Assembly: GCA_026391715.1 (NCBI GenBank)
Contig: JAPLDO010000233.1
Coordinates: 1,790-65,789, forward strand
Length of the DNA stretch: 64,000 bases
Direction of reading: 5' to 3'
From: Bacteroidota bacterium
GTDB lineage: Bacteria; Bacteroidota; Bacteroidia; Bacteroidales; FEN-979
Shown: positions 56,999 through 64,000 of the stretch, piece by piece
Position numbering within the stretch: the first letter of the stretch is position 1
How the letters are laid out: each line of letters opens with the position of its first letter
Program-made: the position numbers and the translations under genes
Notes under the pieces: generated by a model
Database searches by the model: none
Told to the model about the DNA's origin: nothing
What the model saw: only the letters and a program-made list of their open reading frames with translations

Positions 56999-58927
56999 AT
57001 GAAAAAAATTCTACTCATTAGCATTATGCTGCTGACAATTGTCGGCTTTTCGAAAGCGCAGGTTGTATCTGATTTCGAAGTTATTAAAATGAATTTAATG
57101 TTGGGAGGGGCTAACGATTCGAGTTCCTTTGCAGTGGTCCCCAATCCCGATCCAACCGGAATTAACACAAGTAAATGGGTGGCTGCGTTTGCTCGTTCTA
57201 AAAATGGCGTTCCCTGGGGAGGCTTCTGGTCGGCTTTAGCTTCAGCCGTTGACGTAACGGTTAACAAGTACGTCCACGTAAAAGTGTGGAAACCCCGTAT
57301 CAGTCCTATTAAGTTTAAACTCGAAGGAGGAACCGCAGGCACTCTTGAAGTTGCCTCAATGACTCCGCAAACCAGTATCGGCACATGGGAAGACATGGTA
57401 TTTGATTTTACCTCAAAAACCGGTACTTATCCTACAATAGCATTCATGCCCGACTTTGAAGATCCTCTCACAATTACCGATAATCTGACTATATTTTTCG
57501 ATGACATCATGGTTAACAACGACCCAACGCCTAATAGCGCTCCTGTTTATGTAATCGAAGATTATGAAATCATTCCATTGAACCTGATGTTAGGCGATCC
57601 TGCTGTTGATGCAAGCGCAATGGGTTTAGTTCCAAACCCTGATCCCACAGGTATTAATACCAGCAATTGGGTTGTATTGTTTATTCGCGATAAAAATGGC
57701 GTTCCCTGGGGTGGATTCTGGTCCCCGACAGCCGTTGACTTAACAACCAACAAGTACATGCATGTAAAAGTGTGGAAACCACGTATCAGCCCAATTAAAT
57801 TCAAAATCCAGGATGGCGCCGCAGGCACTCTCGAAGCTGCTTCCACCGGACCCCAAACCTCTGTTGGAGTATGGCAGGACATGGTTTTCGATTTCTCATC
57901 CAAAACAGGTCCATATCCAATTATTGCCTTCATGCCCGATATTGAGGATCCACTCACACTTACCGAGGATATGTTCATGTTTTTCGACGATATCATTTTA
58001 AACAATGATCCCAATCCTATTGTACCCCCCGTGTTACCACAGGTAATTCTTAATGTTGATATGCATCGTTCCGGACTCACAGCAGGACAACAGGTTTATT
58101 TTGCAGGCGATTTTGGCGGCGTCTATGGCACCTGGAATGAACCGGGAACAAATCCAGAAAATGAGCTTACGGATGCCAATGGCGATTCTATTTATTCCGT
58201 AACATTGACTTTGCCGGTTGGAAATTATCAATTTAAGCTGTTTAAAGGCGCTGGCTGGAATGGTGGCGAATGGACGGGCGATCCCAACCGTAAGGTAACT
58301 ATTGCCGGCGATGTTGCCCTTACCTACAAATGGGGCGTTAAACCTGCCGTTGTCACCTTTAATGTTGATATGAAAGGCTCAGGATTAACAACCGGACCAG
58401 TTTCAAACGTAGGAAATTTCGGAGGAATTTACGGAATATGGAATGAACCCGGAACAAACCCTGCTAACGCATTGATAGCCGCGCTCCCGGTTACGGACTC
58501 TATTTATACTATTACCATGACTCTTGATTCTATCGGAACATATCAGTTTAAGTTTTTCAATGGCATGGGATGGAATACAGGCGAATGGACCGGCGATCCA
58601 AACAGATCTGTCAAAGTATTAGGAGATACTACTTTTGCCGTTTTCAAATGGGGACAGAAATACCCCGCCGGTATCAGCGCAAACCCACTTGCAAACCAAA
58701 TCACCGTTTACCCTGTTCCATTTAACAATAACCTGATAGTAAACACTTCGGTTGAATTGAAATCAGCCGCCATTACTTCAACTATGGGTCAGCAGGCGCT
58801 GCGAATTGAAAACCTTCGTATTGGCGCTACTACCGTTAATACATCAGAACTAACTGCCGGCTTGTATTTCGTTACCTTCTATCCGAAATCCGGCAATCCA
58901 TATACATTGAAAATTATGAAATATTAA
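56999..58927 (+). CDS. T9SS-secreted multi-module protein (A-A-B-B-CTD), probably non-catalytic glycan binder
   Basis: Two ~160-aa repeats (VPNPDPTGINTS.WV...GVPWGGFWS...KVWKPRISPIKFK...DMVFDF), two ~100-aa repeats (NVDM...FGG.YG.WNEPGTNP...YQFK.F...GEWTGDPNR), C-terminal VYPVPF...GLYFV. Confidence 0.78.
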   Translation: MKKILLISIMLLTIVGFSKAQVVSDFEVIKMNLMLGGANDSSSFAVVPNPDPTGINTSKWVAAFARSKNGVPWGGFWSALASAVDVTVNKYVHVKVWKPRISPIKFKLEGGTAGTLEVASMTPQTSIGTWEDMVFDFTSKTGTYPTIAFMPDFEDPLTITDNLTIFFDDIMVNNDPTPNSAPVYVIEDYEIIPLNLMLGDPAVDASAMGLVPNPDPTGINTSNWVVLFIRDKNGVPWGGFWSPTAVDLTTNKYMHVKVWKPRISPIKFKIQDGAAGTLEAASTGPQTSVGVWQDMVFDFSSKTGPYPIIAFMPDIEDPLTLTEDMFMFFDDIILNNDPNPIVPPVLPQVILNVDMHRSGLTAGQQVYFAGDFGGVYGTWNEPGTNPENELTDANGDSIYSVTLTLPVGNYQFKLFKGAGWNGGEWTGDPNRKVTIAGDVALTYKWGVKPAVVTFNVDMKGSGLTTGPVSNVGNFGGIYGIWNEPGTNPANALIAALPVTDSIYTITMTLDSIGTYQFKFFNGMGWNTGEWTGDPNRSVKVLGDTTFAVFKWGQKYPAGISANPLANQITVYPVPFNNNLIVNTSVELKSAAITSTMGQQALRIENLRIGATTVNTSELTAGLYFVTFYPKSGNPYTLKIMKY

Positions 58928-58993
58928 CTGTAATTTATTAACGCGGAAAATTGGAACTCGCTTCCAGGAGTACCGTTTTAAAGTCAAAAAAAT

Positions 58994-59027
58994 TGAAGCC
59001 TCTTTTCTAAGGGGCTTCAGTTTTTTT
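58994..59027 (+). terminator. Intrinsic terminator
   Basis: TGAAGCCTCTT-ttct-AAGGGGCTTCA-GTTTTTTT. Confidence 0.75.
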
Positions 59028-59052
59028 GTTCGGTTGGCTAACTTCTTTTATT

Positions 59053-61026
59053 ATGAAAAAATATTCTTTTCTGACTCTGTTTCTGGCTCTTAACCTGCTT
59101 TTTTACACAGCCTGTAAGAAAAATCAGGTTGATACGCCTACAGGTACTATTCAATTGGCGCAGGTCAAAGCAGGTTCGGTAACGCTAAAAACCGGGGAAA
59201 CCACCAAAGACATTGCAGTTGACAGTTTAATTACTATTTACTTTAATAATATTCTCGACCCTTCTGCTGTTATCGGTAGCATAATTTTAAAGAAAGCCGA
59301 TAATACCGGAATCTCCTGCAATTATATCGTTTTAGATGAAAATAGAACTGTCAGACTTACTCCTCAAAAACCGCTTGATCACAGTACAAACTATAAATTG
59401 CAGATTACTTCGGGATTGAAAGGATCGCTTGGCGAAACCTTTCCCGGAATTGAATTTCTTTTCATTACCATCGCCGGAAAACTTCGCATTGATTCTATTA
59501 CTATTAACCGGCAGCTCTTTCAAATACCATTAATTCCAAAGAATATTGACTGGAAAAATGTAAGCGTCGAAATTACCTTTTCAGATTCGCTGGACCCCGC
59601 GAAACTTAATTCGTATTTTTCCTTGTCTTCAGGAATGCCATTGAGTTTTTCACTTTCAGAAAACAATAGAAAAGTAACGGTTTCAAACACGCAACCATTA
59701 AAACCTTTTTCGCAGTGTTTTTTGAATATTTCAAAGAATTTAACATCCAAAAACGGATTTCCTTTCGACGGGTTTACCAACTATTTTTATACCGCCCTCG
59801 ATTCAACTCCAAAATTCCCGGTCATTCCCGATGATCAGCTTCTTACTCTCGTCCAGGAAAAAACCTTCCGTTACTTTTACGATTTTGCTCATCCATCATG
59901 CGGACTTGCACGGGAACGGAATACATCGGGCGATATCGTTACCATTGGCGGCTCCGGGTTCGGGGTAATGGCGTTAATAGTTGGAATTGAGAGAGGCTTT
60001 ATCACCCGTGACGAAGGTTTGACCCGATTAGCGAAAATTCTGAATTTTCTTGAAACATGCGATCGTTATCATGGCGCCTGGGCTCACTGGCTCAACGGAA
60101 GTACCGGAAAAACCATCCCTTTTAGCGATAACGATAATGGCGCCGACCTGGTTGAGACCTCTTACATGATTGAAGGACTAATAACCATGCGGCAATACCT
60201 TGATCCGGCTTTTCCAACTGAACAAATTCTGATTGATAGGATAGACGCCCTTAACAATGCGGTTGAATATGATTGGTTTACGCGGGGACAGAATGTATTG
60301 TACTGGCACTGGTCGCCAAACCTGGGTTGGATTATGAATATGCAGGTTCAGGGATACAATGAAACGCTTATAACCTATATTGTCGCGGCAACTTCAACCC
60401 TCCACCCGATATCCGCGTCAGCGTATCATCAAGGATATGCAAGAAACGGCGGAATAAAAAACGGCGGCAGTTACTATGGATACAAGCTCCCTCTCGGCGA
60501 GCCTTACGGCGGACCTTTATTTTATACCCATTATTCTTTTCTTGGATTAGACCCACGAAACCTTCAGGATCAATATGCAAACTATTGGGAACAGAATGTA
60601 AACCAATCTTTGATTAACTGGAGCTATTGTTTTACAAATCCAAAAGGCTATCCCGGATATAGTAAAGTTTGCTGGGGACTTACCGCCAGTGATAATCCCT
60701 GGGGTTATGAGGCGCAGTCGCCAACTAATGATCTGGGAGTAATAACGCCGTCGGCGGCTGTTTCAGCAATTGCATACACTCCCGAACAATCCATGAATGC
60801 CATCAGGTTTTTCTATTACACTCTCGGCGACCGGCTGTGGGGCGAATATGGTTTTTATGACGCCTTTGCCCCGTCGGAAGGATGGTGGGCAGATTCCTAT
60901 CTTGCAATTGATCAGGGTCCGATTGTTTGTATGATCGAGAATTACCGGAGTGGTTTGCTGTGGAGTTTGTTTATGTCGAATCCTGGTGTAAAGTCAGGAT
61001 TGACAAAGCTGGGATTCACATATTGA
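59053..61026 (+). CDS. Lipoprotein with Ig-like domains and C-terminal GH144 (probable endo-beta-1,2-glucanase)
   Basis: Lipobox YTAC; TFRYFYDFAHP..GLARER, GGSGFG, DLVET, YWHWSP, GYNE, GPLFYTHYS, WGLTASD, YGFYDAF, AIDQGPI..MIENYRSGLLW. Confidence 0.85.
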   Translation: MKKYSFLTLFLALNLLFYTACKKNQVDTPTGTIQLAQVKAGSVTLKTGETTKDIAVDSLITIYFNNILDPSAVIGSIILKKADNTGISCNYIVLDENRTVRLTPQKPLDHSTNYKLQITSGLKGSLGETFPGIEFLFITIAGKLRIDSITINRQLFQIPLIPKNIDWKNVSVEITFSDSLDPAKLNSYFSLSSGMPLSFSLSENNRKVTVSNTQPLKPFSQCFLNISKNLTSKNGFPFDGFTNYFYTALDSTPKFPVIPDDQLLTLVQEKTFRYFYDFAHPSCGLARERNTSGDIVTIGGSGFGVMALIVGIERGFITRDEGLTRLAKILNFLETCDRYHGAWAHWLNGSTGKTIPFSDNDNGADLVETSYMIEGLITMRQYLDPAFPTEQILIDRIDALNNAVEYDWFTRGQNVLYWHWSPNLGWIMNMQVQGYNETLITYIVAATSTLHPISASAYHQGYARNGGIKNGGSYYGYKLPLGEPYGGPLFYTHYSFLGLDPRNLQDQYANYWEQNVNQSLINWSYCFTNPKGYPGYSKVCWGLTASDNPWGYEAQSPTNDLGVITPSAAVSAIAYTPEQSMNAIRFFYYTLGDRLWGEYGFYDAFAPSEGWWADSYLAIDQGPIVCMIENYRSGLLWSLFMSNPGVKSGLTKLGFTY

Positions 61027-61114
61027 GATATTTTGATTTATACCTCCCGCTAAAACGAGAGGAAATTCAAGTATAAAAACAAAAGGAATTAAAAGATTGG
61101 TTAACAAACTTTAG

Positions 61115-61180
61115 CTTTGCGGCTCTCTGCGTAAAAACTCAGCGGTTCTCTGCGGTTAAGTCTTTTTTACCGCAGAGTAG
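61115..61180. repeat. REP-like element (CTCTGCG...CGCAGAG)
   Basis: ctttgcggctctctgcgtaaaaactcagcggttctctgcggttaa...accgcagag. Confidence 0.45.
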
Positions 61181-61243
61181 CTAAATAATTATTAGGTACA
61201 CAAGCGGATAATCATAAAAAACAATTCAGAAAAATTAAAGGCT

Positions 61244-63484
61244 ATGTTGAAAATTTTCCAAACCAGAACTATCATTTTCTTACTATTCACAATGGCAACT
61301 TTGGCATTGAAATCGCAAACTCCGACCAACAGCGGAATTTCACCCGCTGATAAAAGCAAAATTGATAACCTTTTGAAAACAATGACTCTCGATGAAAAGA
61401 TCGGGCAATTATCATTGTTCACTTCCGATTGGGATGTAACCGGTCCTACGCTTAACAGTAATTACAAAAATTTGATTAAAGAAGGGAAAGTTGGCGCAAT
61501 TTTCAACGCATACACTGTTGATTATGTCAGGGAATTACAAAAACTTGCCGTTGAAGAATCCAGGCTGAAAATACCGCTTATATTTGGTTATGATGTGATT
61601 CACGGTCACCGGACTATTTTTCCGATACCACTGGCTTCGGCATGTAGCTGGAATCTGGCGGCTATTGAACAATCGGAGCGGATTGCTGCCTGCGAGGCGT
61701 CAGCCGAAGGTATAAACTGGACTTTTGCCCCGATGGTTGATATTGCCCGCGATCCACGCTGGGGAAGGGTTGCCGAAGGCGCCGGAGAAGATACCTGGCT
61801 CGGCTGCCGCATTGCAGAAGCCCGCGTAAAGGGTTTTCAGGGTTTAAATCTAAAAGACAACAATACAATCCTTGCCTGCGCAAAACATTTTGCAGCTTAC
61901 GGAGCCGCGCAAAGCGGCAGAGATTATCACACAGTTGATATATCGCAACTTTCCCTTTACGAATGGTATCTTCCGCCATATAAAGCATGTATTGACGCCG
62001 GCGTTGGTTCGGTGATGACTTCGTTCAACGAAATTGCGGGAATTCCATCCACTTCAAACAAATGGCTTCTGACCGATCTGGTGCGAAAAGATTGGGGCTT
62101 CAAAGGCTTTGTCGTTACAGATTATACATCAATTAACGAGTTGGTAAATCATGGCGTGGCAAGGGATAACAAAGATGCAGCAATGCTCTCGCTTAATGCC
62201 GGAGTTGATATGGATATGCAGGGAAGTACATTTCTTGATTATCTTTCGGATTTGCTGAAAGAGAAAAAGGTGACAATCGAGGCAATTGATAATGCCGTGC
62301 GTGTAATTCTTGAGGCAAAAGCTAAACTGGGATTGTTTGAAGATCCTTATCGTTATTGTAACAAGGAGCGCCAGGAGAAGGAAATTATGGCAACTGAAAA
62401 CCTTGCGTTCGCAAGGAAGCTGGTATCTGAGAGTTGTGTTCTTTTGAAGAATGACAAGCAAACACTGCCAATCCCTGCCGATGTTAAAACCATTGCCGTT
62501 ATTGGTCCGCTTGGCGATTCAAAGAAAGATATGCTCGGAAACTGGTCTGCGGCGGGTCAATGGGAGAAGTGCGTAACATTGGTTGAAGGGTTGAAAAACA
62601 AGTTGAAAGGAAAAGTTGAGATAATTTTTGAACAAGGTTGTAACGCAAACGATGAGAACCGGAGTGGATTTGCAGCGGCAGTCAAACTGGCAGAAAAAGC
62701 CGATTTCGTCATTCTGGCTTTGGGCGAAAATGGCTGGATGAGCGGCGAAGCGTCAAGTCGCAGTTCCATTGATCTCCCCGGCGTTCAGAATGAGCTTACA
62801 GCGGAAATCATGAAAACAGGTAAACCTGTGGCAGTTGTATTGTTCAATGGACGTCCGCTCGCTATTACGAAACTTCACAGCCTGGCGCCTGCAATCCTTG
62901 AAACCTGGTTTGGCGGAACAGAAGCCGGAAATGGAATCGCCGATGTTTTAATGGGCGATGTGAACCCATCAGGCAAATTAACGATGACATTCCCACAGAA
63001 TTTAGGTCAGATTCCGATTTTCTACAATGCCAAAAATACAGGGCGACCATACCGCACAACTGATCCAAACGCTAAATATGTAAGCCGTTACCTCGATGTT
63101 TCTAACGATCCGCTTTTTCCATTCGGCTACGGATTGAGTTATACGAAATTTTCTTACTCAGGTCTCGAAACAAAAGTTGATGGAAATAAAATCCAGATAA
63201 CCATTAAAGTCGCCAATACCGGAATCCGCGACGGCGAGGAGGTTGTTCAGCTTTATATTCAGGATAAAGTTGGTTCAATAACGCGACCGGTGAAGGAGTT
63301 GAAGGGTTTCCAAAAAGTATTAATAAAAAAGGGTGAAACAAAAACTCTCGTTTTTAATCTCACCCTTGATGATCTGGCTTTTTATCATCCCGATCTGAAA
63401 AAGTTTTGGGAACCGGGAGAATTTGTGGTTTATGTTGGAACTAATTCAGCGGAAACGATCTCAAAAACCATTAAGGTCTTATAA
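61244..63484 (+). CDS. bglX: GH3 beta-glucosidase (BglX-type)
   Basis: DVIHG, FAPMVDIARDPRWGR..EG.GED, KHF, VVTDY (nucleophile), MSGEASSR, FPFGYGLSYT, RPVKELKGF. Confidence 0.94.
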   Translation: MLKIFQTRTIIFLLFTMATLALKSQTPTNSGISPADKSKIDNLLKTMTLDEKIGQLSLFTSDWDVTGPTLNSNYKNLIKEGKVGAIFNAYTVDYVRELQKLAVEESRLKIPLIFGYDVIHGHRTIFPIPLASACSWNLAAIEQSERIAACEASAEGINWTFAPMVDIARDPRWGRVAEGAGEDTWLGCRIAEARVKGFQGLNLKDNNTILACAKHFAAYGAAQSGRDYHTVDISQLSLYEWYLPPYKACIDAGVGSVMTSFNEIAGIPSTSNKWLLTDLVRKDWGFKGFVVTDYTSINELVNHGVARDNKDAAMLSLNAGVDMDMQGSTFLDYLSDLLKEKKVTIEAIDNAVRVILEAKAKLGLFEDPYRYCNKERQEKEIMATENLAFARKLVSESCVLLKNDKQTLPIPADVKTIAVIGPLGDSKKDMLGNWSAAGQWEKCVTLVEGLKNKLKGKVEIIFEQGCNANDENRSGFAAAVKLAEKADFVILALGENGWMSGEASSRSSIDLPGVQNELTAEIMKTGKPVAVVLFNGRPLAITKLHSLAPAILETWFGGTEAGNGIADVLMGDVNPSGKLTMTFPQNLGQIPIFYNAKNTGRPYRTTDPNAKYVSRYLDVSNDPLFPFGYGLSYTKFSYSGLETKVDGNKIQITIKVANTGIRDGEEVVQLYIQDKVGSITRPVKELKGFQKVLIKKGETKTLVFNLTLDDLAFYHPDLKKFWEPGEFVVYVGTNSAETISKTIKVL

Positions 63485-63493
63485 AACTTTCAA

Positions 63494-64000
63494 TTACTTT
63501 CCCCTTTTATAGACGATCGAAACCAGCGATTTATCATCCCCGCCCATGTTTACGGTAAGACCATAAGGACGGTTGGGATTAATCGTTATCTGGGCGTCGC
63601 CAGCTTTGCCGGTGAGTTGTTCCAGAATTGTAACAGCCTGGTGAACCCCAGTGCCACCCGTCGGGTGTCCCCAACCAATCAACCCGCCGGTTGTGTTTAT
63701 AGGAACCTTTCCGCTGCGGGCGGTATTTCCTTCAAGAATGAAATCAGAGCCTTTGCCTTTTTCAGCAAAACCAATAGCTTCCATGCACATCAAACCAGCA
63801 ACGGTGAAGCAGTCATGAATTTCGGCAGTGCCAATCTGGTCGCGGGTAATTCCGGCTGAGGCAAGCGCCATTTTTATTGCTTGCTTTGTTGTTGTAAGTT
63901 CAGTTGGGTCAACCGGCGGTTTAGTAATGTCTTCCTCTATCTGTCCCCAGCCAATAACTTCAACAGCTTCGCTTACAGGGATACCGCACCGTTTAAGTCC
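63494..64000 (-). CDS. Thiolase family protein (SCP2/nonspecific lipid-transfer type), 5' end beyond window
   Basis: AEIHDCFT, INTTGGLIGWGHPTGGTG, NMGG; frame stays open to the window edge. Confidence 0.85.
   Translation of the reverse strand, partial: GLKRCGIPVSEAVEVIGWGQIEEDITKPPVDPTELTTTKQAIKMALASAGITRDQIGTAEIHDCFTVAGLMCMEAIGFAEKGKGSDFILEGNTARSGKVPINTTGGLIGWGHPTGGTGVHQAVTILEQLTGKAGDAQITINPNRPYGLTVNMGGDDKSLVSIVYKRGK

Noticed and set aside
49851-58080. Long antisense ORFs (49851-50594, 55542-55988, 56983-57396, 57562-58080)
   Set aside because: Shadow frames opposite well-supported genes, with no recognisable motifs.
1-64000. Integron integrase, transposase, CRISPR array, rRNA or tRNA
   Set aside because: No ORF with tyrosine-recombinase, DDE or HUH motifs, no regularly spaced direct repeats with unique spacers, and no rRNA/tRNA-like sequence recognised by eye.

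Overview
A 64 kb chromosomal window from a Bacteroidota genome, probably an environmental anaerobic Bacteroidales (SusC/SusD pairs, T9SS C-terminal domains, TAnnTTTG promoters). The backbone is a beta-glucan utilisation region: three SusC/SusD pairs, GH16, two GH30, two GH144, GH3 and PKD/LamG/CBM-like surface proteins, with a NrtR/Nudix regulator and a predicted GT-N7-AC operator. It is interrupted by a ygeY / threonine-synthase-like / Se-dependent xanthine dehydrogenase block, several hybrid histidine kinases and palindromic MITE/REP elements. The main finding is a ~12 kb integron-like gene-cassette array (7563-19519) inserted between susD and a GH30 gene, with no integrase in the window. 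Its co-oriented cargo (R-M pair, higBA, Fic, mazEF, hydrolases, reductases, creD, an internally deleted group II intron) is separated by TAAC...GTT hairpin sites. Four cassettes have mutually complementary outer ends, as expected for units that moved as circles, and the sites share a 2-nt/5-nt spacer geometry unlike canonical attC. All calls come from reading the sequence and ORF track by eye; no database searches were run.
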